64,000 nt of DNA from Octopus vulgaris. Its lineage: Eukaryota. The notes below the pieces were generated by a model. It saw nothing but the letters and a program-made list of their open reading frames with translations, ran no database searches and was not told the DNA's origin. Where the stretch lies: assembly GCA_951406725.2 (NCBI GenBank), contig OX597824.1, forward strand, positions 58,714,001-58,778,000, written 5' to 3'. Positions 52,701 to 64,000 of the stretch are shown here, piece by piece; the first letter of the stretch is position 1; each line of letters begins with the position of its first letter. Made by a program: the position numbers and the translations under genes.

Positions 52701-53113
52701 AAAATATTTTAGGCTTGCTGAAAGAATATAAAAGGCTGGAACAAAGGCCAAGGCATCTTTCCCGACCCCTTTAACAGTTCCGCCAATTCATTGCTCTAGT
52801 TTGGAATATCTTTATCTATCTCAAAAGGATGAAAGACAAAGTTGACTCCAGCGGGATTTGAACTCAAATCATAGGCAGGCAGAAGAAATTAGTAATATTG
52901 TACTGACTTTAAATGAAACCATCTTTTCGGAAGAGTTCCTTTTGAGCATGGTGTATGTAAAATTTGTAGGCATATGAAGACTGGCTCCGAGTTGACATAA
53001 AATATTATTATTTTACATAACAATCGTAACAAAATTTTCAACTTCTTATCTTTTATTCTATAAACCTCAACGCATTATTTGGTTTATAGAAACAATAGCA
53101 TCAGAACTTCATT

Positions 53114-54140
53114 GGATCTTTTCCTTTTGAACAGCAGTTTTCAACACAATTTCTAGTTAACTAAACACTTTTAAACTTCGCATACTGGTAGAATGTGTTT
53201 ATAAAGCATCATTTTTTTCTTGGCTTTATTGAGAAAATTCTATATGTTGTAACATATTTCGACTTTAATTTCGAGCATTTCGGCAATTTTAACCAATCGC
53301 TGACCTCCATTTGGAGTGAAAACATTCCGTGCTGTATAAATATGTCCCTCGTTTAAGAAACAGATTGGGTTTATTTACATTTGCAAAGAAAAAAGATGCC
53401 CTTCCCCCACCCCTAACCCTAACCATTCCCCTAACCCTAACCCTAACCCTAACCATAACTCTAAACCTAACCCTAAAATAGATTGAAATGCAATAGATCG
53501 ATACTAGGGTTATAATTATGGGTGACAATTTCATACGACACCGCTACGGAAAATGGGATTTTTTTCTAGCGGTGTCAAATGAAATTGTCACCCATAATTA
53601 TAACCCTAGCATCGATCTATTGCATTTCAATCTATTTTAGGGTTAGGTTTAGAGCTATGGTTAGGGTTAGGGTTAGGGTTAGGGGTGGGGGAAGGGTACC
53701 TTTTTTTATTCGCAAATGTAAATAAACCCAATCTGTTTCTTAAACGAGGGACATATTCATACAGCACGGAATGTTGTTTACGTCAATGGAGATCAGCGAT
53801 TGGTTAAATTTGCCGAAATGCTCGAAATTAAAGTCGAAATATGTTACAATATATAGAATTTTCTCAATAAAGCCAAGAGAAAAAATGATGATACATAGAA
53901 TTTCCTTGTATGGGTTTGTGTGTATATATGTGTGTTTACGTTTATTTTACATGTGATTTTGAATCTTTATTCCATGGGTTCTTCTCTTCTAAAATTATGG
54001 AATCCCATAGTTCCATATAACTAAGCATGTTCAACATTTGCATCAAAGGCAATAAACACATTCTACCAATATACGAAGTTTAAAAGTGTTTAGTTAACTA
54101 GAAATTGTGTTGAAAACTGCCGTTCAAAAGGAAAATATCC
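53114..54140. mobile_element. fold-back derivative of a Merlin-like MITE (two arms in inverted orientation)
   Basis: Termini GGATCTTTTCC / GGAAAATATCC; 8-bp TSD ACTTCATT (53106-53113, 54141-54148); ~440-bp inverted arms with (CCCTAA)n/(TTAGGG)n. Confidence 0.88.
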
Positions 54141-54972
54141 ACTTCATTACTAGACTGGACTACAGCGTGGAAGTCACCATTGAATTCTGTTTTCAAATTA
54201 GATCTATTCTAAAGTTGGGATTTCAAGAATTTCTTTTAATTTGATTGAACCTCTAAACAGCTATCAACGAACTGCTAGTCTCTAAGCAATTTAGGTATGC
54301 TCCAGTATATTAAGTTATTGCCTTTGATGCAAATGTTGAACATGCTTAGTTATATGGAACTGATGGGATTCCATACTTTTAGAAGAGAAGAACCCATGGA
54401 ATAAAGATTCAAAATCACATGTAAAATAAACGTAAACACACATATATACACACAAACCCATACAAGGAAATTCTATGTATTGTCAAACAAGCGAAAATGT
54501 TAGAGTTCAAAATATTAAATCCTTCCTTGTTGCAATAACATTTACACTTAATGTGGAGAGGCGATGGCTTCGAACTGCATGAAATGACAACTTTTGTAAG
54601 GTTTCGAAACTTTGAGGGGGAACAAATGAAATAACAAAAAAAAAAAGCAAAGCGGCGAGCAAGAAATAAAGAAATGCAACGTTTTGACTTGAATGTGCAG
54701 ATTTTCAATTCACTAGGGAATTTTTAAATTTCTACGAAGCTTATTAGGTTCGAAAGAATGGATTTGTAGGATAATTCTTAATTAATCAAAGTATTTAAAA
54801 TACTTGTCTGTGGAATAGTTCTGCAATAAATGAGCTTCGACCTAAAAGGATATATGAGAAATACATTTAAAGAAGTCTTACAGCATAAAATTTGTGCTGC
54901 AAATTATGTGACTAAATAACTACGAATACATAATTATTTATATCTTATACATGCTTATATTATATATATATA

Positions 54973-56123
54973 CTAGCTGAAGGTGACCCGCTCTACGCGC
55001 GGGTAAGAGTGTGGTAGTTACTTTCTGTTGCTTCCTTTCACGTAAAAAGCACGTAAAAAGCACCATCCGAACGTGGCCGATTGCAGCGCCACCTTGACTG
55101 GCTTCTGTGCCAGTGGCACGTAAAAAGCACCAACCGATCGTTGCCGCTGCGAGCCCCCCTGGCACCTGTGCCGGCGGCACGAAAAAAGCACCCACTACAC
55201 TCACAGAGTGGTTGGCGTTAGGAAGGTCATCCACCTGTAGAAACACTGCCAGATCAGACTGGAGGCTGACGGCGAAAAAAGAGAGAGCTCGAGAAAGAGA
55301 AGGTGATATATGAAAGAGAGGACGGAAAATGAAATATTTTGCTATGTAAACATGATTTTTATGAGAAAGATTGTCATGATTGTCTGTTGGTGGTCGTGGT
55401 GGTGGCGATGATAATTATCATTAGGAAAAAGAGTGAGTGAGTGAGGAAGACATATACATAAGTTGTGGCGATGATAATTCTAGACCCCTTTTCACATTTT
55501 GATGAATAGAACCCGATTACATTCGGGTCTACTGGGGCCACATATAGGTGTGTGTGTGTGCGTGTGTGTGCACGCTGTAGAAATTAAATTAGAGATAAAA
55601 CCACTAATAGGCAAATGAAACAGTAAAAAACCAAAAACAAAAACATACAAATAAAAATATAATATTAGATATATGTATATATGTGTGTGTGTGGGTGTGT
55701 GTGTATGTGCGTGTGTTGACAGGTAGACAATAGACTGCGATGCGATGGAATATTTGTTTCTGTCTATGAACGCATACAGATACATGAGTAAAATGTATGG
55801 GAAGCTAAGAGATAGAGTGAGTGAAAATGTTCTTGGAAGAGAGGAAATAGCGAGAGAGTGATTTGAGGAAGACTTTACATTAAATAACGGGAGTGGACTT
55901 GTCAAATGAAGTGGAGTGAGAGGGTGAATGGAGGAAATAGCGCGAGTGAGGAAGATGGCCCCTAGCAACCACACCTTTTAAGCTAGGGATTTGTAAGGTA
56001 GCCCACGGGCATCGTCACTTCATTCTACATGTCCCTGTAAATTTTGGAGCGAATCGGACGGGACGTAGTGGCGTTGAAAGCGAACCAAGCGGTAAAAACG
56101 CATTTCAGTTTTATATATAGAGA
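54973..56123 (-). mobile_element. non-autonomous Helitron with nested insertions
   Basis: Minus strand A|TCTCTATATATAAAA ... CCCGCGCGTAGAGCGGG hairpin, 10 nt, CTAG|T; nested SINE-like 55035-55265 and pLTR end ~55581. Confidence 0.7.
55035..55265 (+). mobile_element. SINE-like repeat with reiterated GCACGTAAAAAGCACC and RTE-like GGTTGGCGTTAGGAAGG.CATCC segment
   Basis: Internal repeats seen directly; family assignment is from recall. Confidence 0.55.
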
Positions 56124-56212
56124 TATATATATACATGCATCTATTAATCTTTCTCTTTCCTTCCCCACCTCTCTCTTTCTTTCTCGCTTTCTTCTCTCTT
56201 CATGTACATAAA

Positions 56213-56251
<39 letters not shown>

Positions 56252-56472
56252 AAAAATTAGAAATCATGGGTTATATAGATTTATGTATTTATTATAGGCT
56301 TACAACTGTTTCAGATATAGATTTTGATGCGGTAGCCCTTTAGCAATTAAACTGGCCATATCAGGTCCAAATATTCGGTGTTCTATGTTCAAACTGACCA
56401 AATTTAATCGTTCACACCTACTATAAGATGTTATTCTAAAAATAAATAATCATATCATTAAAATCTAATGAA

Positions 56473-56703
56473 GGCGGCGAGCTGGCAGAAACGTTAGCAC
56501 GCCGGGCGAAATGCGTAGCCGTATTTCGTCTGCCGTTACGTTCTGAGTTCAAATTCCGCCGAGATCGACTTTGCTTTTCATCCTTTCGGGGTCGATTAAA
56601 TAAGTACCAGTTATGCACTGGGGTCGATGTAATCGATTTAGTCCCTTTGTCTGTCCTTGTTTGTCCCCTCTATGTTTAGCCCCTTGTGGGCAATAAAGAA
56701 TTA
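56473..56703 (+). mobile_element. SINE family B, full length
   Basis: Near-identical to 51129-51360; a further degenerate copy at 61221-61430. Confidence 0.92.
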
Positions 56704-57547
56704 ATATCATTAAAATCTAAAAGCAGTGAAATAATGCATGATTAATTGATACCAATTTGAATAAATAAGCATTATGTTTGACAGAATAATCTGATTGTTA
56801 AAGGGTTAAGAATATAGCGGTAAATGCCAAAAGCCTGTCATTGACCAGAAAGAGGCTGTTGAGTATCAAATTTCTTTAGTAGATGGCAATTTTATTCGAC
56901 CGTGGTAAAGGAGAACAATCGCTTAAAGTTGATTGTTCTGCCCACATGCTACACTGACCAAAATTCATCCTCTTTCTTTTCTTCTGTTCTATTTCTTTAG
57001 CACTTGATTTGTTTTTCTCTGACGAAGATATCATTATGAGGGTCGTTCCCTATATTTTCAGTCGACCAATCGATCGACTGATAAAACTGAGTCATGGATG
57101 CATCCAAATAGATATGTAGAACTGCTCAATAACTATATTTAAATAGTTTTATCCTTGATGTTACAGGAAAAAGTAAAAATGTTTCATTTTAAAAAAGAGG
57201 AGAAAACGAGATTAAGAAAAATAAATGAGATAATAGAACGATTGTAAATAGTTTATATAAACGTTCAAATGGTACTGCATGGGAGTGTGGCCCATGCAGC
57301 CATTTCATTTCTCAATTTTATATAACATCTCATTTTCATTCGTTTTATGTTTTTGTCCCCACTGTGGTTTTGTGTCTGTTTTTATAGTGTCCCCTTTGTG
57401 TTGTGGCCGTAGTGCCAAAATAAAGAAACATTGGCGGAGGTTTGCGAGCTCTGAGTGCTTTTCTTTCAGTCTATTTTATGTATCACTCTCTAAAAGCCTG
57501 TCATCTTAATTGGGTAATACAACGATGGATTTACAAATTTGACTCGT

Positions 57548-57625
57548 GATCGACTTTGACTTCGGGTTTCGTCTTCGGATTACCCGAAGAACACTAACCA
57601 TCAAAAGACTTCTTCATTAGCCTTG
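57548..57625 (-). ncRNA. degenerate type I hammerhead
   Basis: ATGAAGA-A-GTCTTTTGAT...ATCCGAAGAC-GAAAC-CCGAA-GTC^; C3 lost, stem I weak. Confidence 0.4.
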
Positions 57626-57828
57626 TGTATTCTTTTCTGCAAAAAGGCTTAAGAAGTGTTTCGCTTGGATTTATATCCCTTATTAACCCCTCTTTGTTTA
57701 TATATACATATATATATAAAGCAAATGATCATTATAAGAATTAATTCATTAAACGAAGTTCAATAAATGTCATCAAATAAAATAAATAAAGCAGATTTTA
57801 TGTTAATGATGGACTTTTCATACACACA

Positions 57829-57919
<91 letters not shown>

Positions 57920-58019
57920 AAAACAAAAAATTGAACAAGAACGTAACAGGCGACAACAAAACATTTGGACAATAGGTGATATAAAAAAGGACAGGAATAA
58001 ACAAGGACGGGACATTCGA

Positions 58020-58084
58020 AGCTTTCAATCTTCAGTCGATAGCAGATCGTCTTTGCAGTTTCGGCGTGTTAATTTCGAGACTGC
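58020..58084 (-). ncRNA. putative non-circularly permuted hammerhead ribozyme
   Basis: GCAGT-C^TCGAAA ttaaca CGCC-GAA-ACTGC ... TCGA-CTGAAGA-TTGAA-AGCT. Confidence 0.65.
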
Positions 58085-58624
58085 TCTAATCTGACCGGCC
58101 CCAAGGAAATCTATGCTAAGAGCACTAGATTCTTTGGAAGAAAGCAAGCAAATGTATGCTAAAACAAGGACGAAAAAGAAAAAAAAATGGACAAAATTGT
58201 ACACAATTGCAAATACAAACAGCAGGACATTAACAACAGGTGTCTTTTAACTAAGGTCGAATTAAATTAAACTGGCGGTGGTGGAAGTGAAAGCCTTACG
58301 ACAGGAACATAGAACATGAAAGTCATAGGAAGAAATACGCGAGATGCTGCACGGATGGTAATCGAACCAAGAAAGAAAGATCAGGCTTGGTCGAAGGTCG
58401 GTTACGTGGAAGGAGAGGAGAGAGGTAGTGGATAGAGAGATTTAAGAATTAGGGAAGGATGAGAAAGAGAGAAAATAGGAAAGTTACAGACTGAAGTAAA
58501 GGAGGGAAAGTGATGAGAATGAAGGGAGTGCCAAGAAATGTGGGAGAGCGTGGGAGCGAGAAAAAGAAAAGTGGAACGAAGAAAGTGTGAAAGAGGCTAA
58601 ATGAAAGAGTAAGAGTCGTACAGA

Positions 58625-58688
<64 letters not shown>

Positions 58689-58844
58689 TTACATACAGGA
58701 GACCAAAAGTGTACGTACGCCGCTATATGTATATATAAAAATCAAAACAAAAAAAGGAACAAGAACGTAACAAGCGACAACAAAACATTCGGACAGTAGG
58801 TGATATAAAAAAAGGACAGGAATAAACAAGGACGGGACATTCGA

Positions 58845-58910
58845 AGCTTTCAATCTTCAGTCGAGAAGCAGATCGCTTTTGCAGTTTCGGCGTGTTAATC
58901 TCGAGACTGC
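58845..58910 (-). ncRNA. putative non-circularly permuted hammerhead ribozyme
   Basis: GCAGT-C^TCGAGA ttaaca CGCC-GAA-ACTGC ... TCTCGA-CTGAAGA-TTGAA-AGCT. Confidence 0.72.
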
Positions 58911-58961
58911 TCTAATCTGGCCGGCCCCAAGGAAATATATGCTAAGAGCACTAGATTCTTT

Positions 58962-59415
58962 GGATCTTTTCGGTTTGAAAGGCAGTGTTTAACATAATTT
59001 CTAGGTAACTAAAAAATTTCAAACTTCGTATACTGGTAGAATGTGTTTATAAAACATCTTTTTCTCTTGGCTTTATTGAGAAAATTCTATAGTTTGTAAG
59101 ATATTTGTTGTTTTTTTCTTCAATTTCTGCAATTTCAATCATTCACTGACGTCCATTAAGGTAAACAACATTCTGTGCCGTATGAATATGTCCCTCTTTT
59201 AAGAAACAGATTGGGTTTATTTACATTTGTGAAGAAAAAAAGATACCCTTTCCTCCACCCCTAACCCTAATCCTAACCCTAACCTTAACTAATCCTAACT
59301 AACCCGAACCCTAAAATAGATTGAAATACAATAGATCGATACTAGGGTCATAATTATGGGTGACAATTTCATATGACACCGCTAGAAAAAACTGTCAATC
59401 GAACCGAAAAGATCC
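58962..59415. mobile_element. Merlin-like MITE carrying telomere-like repeats
   Basis: TIRs GGATCTTTTCGGTTTGA / TCGAACCGAAAAGATCC; 8-bp TSD GATTCTTT; empty site in the paralog at ~58128; degenerate (CCCTAA)n at 59258-59314. Confidence 0.9.
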
Positions 59416-60486
59416 GATTCTTTCGAAGAAAGCAAGCGAATGTATACGAAAACAAGGACGAAAAGAAAACAACGGAGAAATGGTACACATTTACAAATAC
59501 AAACAACAGGACATTAACAACAGATGTCTTTCGACTAAGGACGAATTAAATTAAGCTGGCGTATATATATATATATAAGCCATGCACGAGCCATTACATC
59601 CTACCTTTGTTACCATCATACTCTGCAGTGTCACTGTACATACCAAATCCTAATACTCAAATCTTTATTATGTTTATGCAATATAATCTTGAAATTAAAA
59701 AATAAAAATATTATTGTTACAACAACAACTGCTACTACTACTACTACTACTACTACTACAATTTTTCAAATTCTTGCATTTTTGTATTAACAGAAGAAAT
59801 AACATAAAATTCTCTATCCTTTGTTTCATTCCTCCCTCTATATCATTACCTACTTTACCCCCTACTCCTCTCTACCCTCTACTCCATCCTCAACCTCATC
59901 CTCTACCCAATTATTTATCTTATCCTCAACTCCACTCTAGACTTCCTCATTAAATTCCTATATTTTCACTTAAATTCCTATATTTAGCCTTCTTTAAAAT
60001 TTGCTTTGTCTTCCTCACTCTCTGTCACTTTACTCCCCTCTGTTTTTATGTCAGTAATATTTTTTAGTGTCAAAGGATGGTTTGAAAAAAATGGAGCTTC
60101 GTAGATATATGTGTGTGTGAGTATGGGTGTGTGTGTGTGTGATTCTCTTATCTATCCCTTTCGCTCTCTTGTCTCTGTTTTTTTTTCATATTTACTCTCC
60201 GTTCAAATCATCACCGACGTTTATGGCTCATTACAGGCTAAGTAGAGAAGGCATAAGTAGATATATATGTATGTATGCATGCATGTATGTATGTATATTT
60301 ACATACATGCATACATATATGCACATAGCAATCAACATGTATATAAGCTTGTGTGTGAGAGAGACAGCAAGTATTCACTCGCATATTCACATAGCTTTCC
60401 AAATATGTATATACACACATTATTCTCTCTATTTACACACACATGTTTATATATATATATGTATATATGTATACACACACACACAC

Positions 60487-60562
<76 letters not shown>

Positions 60563-61043
60563 CATCACTATGAAGCCCCATTTTTTCAAACCATCCTTTG
60601 ACACAAAATTATTATTGACCTTTCTCTCCTGTTCCTTCGTTTTTCCTCATTCTTTTAATTCTTATATTTTTATTTTTTCTCCTTTCTTCTCGTTCTTCCC
60701 CATTTGTATATTCTCCTTACTATATCTGTCTTTATTGTCTCGTATTCTTTAAGTCACTCTGAGCTCCCCCACCACCATCACCACTACCAACAAATAGCAA
60801 AAATCACTTTGATCTCTAATCATATTTTAACTAGACTTATGTTTATTCCATATCACAGCTGGGAATTGAGAATTGCTCAAAATACAAAAGTTTACCAATA
60901 TAAAGGAACAAAGTAATTTGACATTTTATATTTTCTTTCTTTATATTTTTCTCCAGCTTCTACTGCTTCTTCTCCATGTCCTCCTATTAGTATTATTATT
61001 ACTTCATATACGCTCAACAGATTAGACTGTTGGAAAAGAAAAA

Positions 61044-61044
61044 A

Positions 61045-61075
<31 letters not shown>

Positions 61076-61082
61076 GTTATTG

Positions 61083-61144
<62 letters not shown>

Positions 61145-61145
61145 G

Positions 61146-61188
<43 letters not shown>

Positions 61189-61435
61189 CATCATCATATT
61201 GTTATTAATATCATCATCAAGGCGGTGGGCTGGCAGAATCGTTAGCACACCAGACAAAGTGCTTATTGGTATTTCGTTCTTCTATACTTTGCGATTTCAA
61301 ATTCCACTGAGGTCGGTTTTGCCTCTTATTCTTCGGGGTGGATGAAATCCGTGCAAGTCGAGCACTGGGAGTGATGTAATCAAGTATACCTCTCCTCCAA
61401 AAGTTCGGGCCTTGTGCCTTTAGTAGAAAAGCTTA

Positions 61436-61533
<98 letters not shown>
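61044..61533. repeat. (ATT)n and (ATT)n-(AGT)n microsatellites flanking a degenerate SINE B
   Basis: Direct reading. Confidence 0.92.
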
Positions 61534-61534
<1 letters not shown>

Positions 61535-62290
61535 AGGATGTGAACTGGTAGAATACTTAACACAGCGGCATTGTCACTTTCAGGTTAGTGTTTTAACGCC
61601 ACGCAGCTCCTTTTATCATAGAACTGACCACACAAGGAATTTTGGAATTTTGCTCTTGCTGATTTTGGTGAGATGACCAATCTATCTTAATTTGGACTGC
61701 AAAAGAAGGGATTCCTTTCGACCAATTTTATATTTAGAGAATAAGTCAGTATTTGAAATTGTCTTTCAGGCTGGATCCACAGATGTCCAAAGATATCGCT
61801 TATGAAAGACATCATACATGTAAACATCCATTCACTTACACACGCCCACGAAAACACACACACGCGCGCGCACACACACACATATGATATAGAAACATTA
61901 TCATAGGCATCAGCTCAAGAGTATCAAGTATATCCTTTTTACAATACGCACCACCAATATATCCTTTTTGCAATAGGTACCATGTGTGAAAATTTGGGGT
62001 ACAGAGAATAAGTGCATAACTGCTATTTATTTCATCGATATCGAAAGGATGAAACTTAGAACGTAATCAATTTTCCCCGTGTGCTACAGATTCTGCCATC
62101 GGCAAACAGAAACATATTCAACAAAGTCGCTCACTAGTATAAAGAGAAAGTAGTGAGGTGTGTTTTACTGGCCAGTTAGTGTCTTCTCCCTATCCTCAAA
62201 CCCGAAAAGAGTTAGAGAAAGAAAGGTATTCTGGTTCAATCCCCCATGTTACTTTACCTGTTTGTCTCTTTGTATGTATGTATGAACGTA

Positions 62291-62344
<54 letters not shown>

Positions 62345-62444
62345 TAAAAGGCTTCCAAATAAAGAAGCGACTGCTAGATATACAAAAAAGGGGATAAATT
62401 TATGAAGTGGAATGAAATTCAAAAACGTTTACCAACTCAGCTAA

Positions 62445-62519
62445 TCTTGTACCGCGGTTTCATCTTTTTTTTAGCAAATGAATATAATTTATCTACCAAG
62501 GCCAGAACCATCAGCAAGA
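62445..62519 (-). ncRNA. type I hammerhead (A9G) in a ~438-bp terminally redundant unit (62343-62805)
   Basis: TCTTG-CTGATGG-...-GAAAC-CGCG-GTA^CAAGA; ttaaaaggcttccaaataaaga repeated at ~62343 and ~62781. Confidence 0.7.
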
Positions 62520-62884
62520 AGCCTTTGTAATCCGAGATGTACATATCATTAGAAGCACGTGCAAATCTAACGATCTGTATACCCTAACTTTTCAGACCAG
62601 TGCACAGACGCAAATCATACCCGGCGACAGAGAGGATGCCGGTAAAAAATCTACGAGCAAATCTATCGAGCAATATTTAAACATAGTAAATAGGGTAATA
62701 AAAATAAATTATTATTACCAGTGACCTAGCACAAAAGACAAATTAGTCATTAGACTATATGTTATTCATATATAAGTACATTAAAAGGCTTCCAAATAAA
62801 GATGCCTTTTAATGTAAACTCATAAACTCATTTTAACAGATATATTTACCAAATTTACATTAAAATATCTTGAAATAAAGAGTA

Positions 62885-63400
62885 AATTTATTCAATAAAA
62901 TTGTCATTGGTTTCCATCATGTCCTCCGGACGACTTCGGAATCTTCTACAGCTCTTCTGGATGCTGCCATACTCCTCGCCTTCAGTTCATCTTTGGTATT
63001 ACAAGGAGTTTTGTTGGTCTATTGCTCAACTGCGCCCCACGCATAATAATCAAGGAAGTTGCAGTGTGGGGAGTCAGGTACCAGATGTTAGGAGTGATGT
63101 GGTCGCAGAAACTGACTGACAGCCATGACTGGGTTCTCCTGCTTGTGTGACATGATACAGAGTTCTGTTGTTAGACATAAGGTCTTTCAGCATCCACCCT
63201 CATCACGCAGGCAGCACTACGTCCTCCAGTTACTTGATGTAGGCCTCCGTATTAAACGTGAGGCCATTTGGTAAGATGAATGGAGGCATAACGTCGCCAT
63301 CACTAGTGATCACCATGATGTTGACTGGATGTTGGATTTTTATCACTCTCAATACATGTTTTGGGGACACGGCAAGCCAACTGCTGTTCTGTGTCCACCA
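62885..63400 (-). pseudogene. Tc1/mariner-superfamily (DD37D/maT-like) transposase remnant
   Basis: Minus frames QQNSVSCHTSRRTQSWL, ITPNIW, CNFLDYYAWGAVE, TKDELK, CRRFRSR. Confidence 0.82.
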
Positions 63401-63599
63401 TTTGTTCATGCTGGAGATTCCGGTGCGAATACAAAGCAGTATCTCATGTCGTTTCCAAATTTCTTGCAGTGTGAATTGCTCCTAGATGCTGTTTTCTCAC
63501 AGCAGTACTTAACTGACCCTACTAATATATTTAGTTGGTTTGTTAGTGCATTTTGTTTCCTCTGCTTCTACTACTTTATTATCATCATTTCTATTGGCT

Positions 63600-64000
63600 T
63601 TTAATTATGCCTTTTTTTCTACCTTTGCCTGCAGTGTCATGGATTCTCTATATATATGTATCCTTTTTATATTTACAGTTCTTCTGGGTTCTGGTATTCT
63701 GCGGTTATTTATATGATTATCTCCACTATTAATAATGCTCTCTGGGTATTGTGCCTTCTGTGTCTTGATCTATATATATATATATATACTATTTTACCCT
63801 TATATCCCGCTCTAGCTAGTGCTGAGATGTAATATTCGGTGTGCATATCGAATATCTGCAGATAGTTTGGATGTTCTATTATACATGCTTCTTGGGTTGC
63901 ATCGCAGTATATGTTCCGGAAGTTTGGATCCTCTGCTGACATATTTTAAGTTTACATTTGGCTTATGGAACGGTTCAAACTTTCCATCGATGAGGCTAAG
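63600..64000 (-). pseudogene. Naiad-like Penelope RT thumb fragment running off the window
   Basis: LSLIDGKFEPFHKPNVNLKYVSRGSKLP...YNRTSKLS then YYISALARAGYKGKIVY. Confidence 0.7.

Larger units (their letters stand above)
57915..59561 (-). mobile_element. family C repeat, two tandem copies (57915-58625 and 58737-59561, the latter split by a MITE)
   Basis: Reverse complement homologous to 5640-6375; (TA)n between and around the copies. Confidence 0.8.

Noticed and set aside
53410-53684. Telomere-telomere fusion site
   Set aside because: The repeats are internal to inverted MITE arms, and the orientation (CCCTAA then TTAGGG) is opposite to an end-to-end fusion
57017-57135. CTGACGA-A-GATATC long-stem hammerhead
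   Set aside because: The 3' core is not recognisable
63983-64000. CGATGAGG as the start of a hammerhead at the window edge
   Set aside because: It lies in the minus-strand PLE RT coding remnant

Overview
AT-rich, repeat-saturated eukaryotic DNA. The SINE families, microsatellite load and TTAGGG repeats point to an octopus or other coleoid cephalopod; this is an inference. No intact host gene is visible, and nearly all ORFs in the track are microsatellite translations, so the window is probably intronic or intergenic. It contains degenerate Penelope-like elements (Neptune-like and Naiad-like RT/GIY-YIG), a 5'-truncated CR1-group LINE, Tx1/L1 and R4/Dong fragments, four Tc1/mariner remnants, hAT and Merlin-like MITEs with exact 8-bp TSDs, a Helitron, tRNA-SINE families and several long palindromes. 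The main signal is RNA structure. About 8-10 canonical type I hammerhead ribozyme (HHR) motifs sit in short non-coding repeats. In addition, 8 copies from about 5 distinct repeat families carry the three HHR core segments in a scrambled, non-circularly permuted order: [III']NUH[I] - [II']GAA[III] - [I']CUGANGA[II]. Compensatory base changes between copies support this fold. All folds were derived by eye and no activity is demonstrated.
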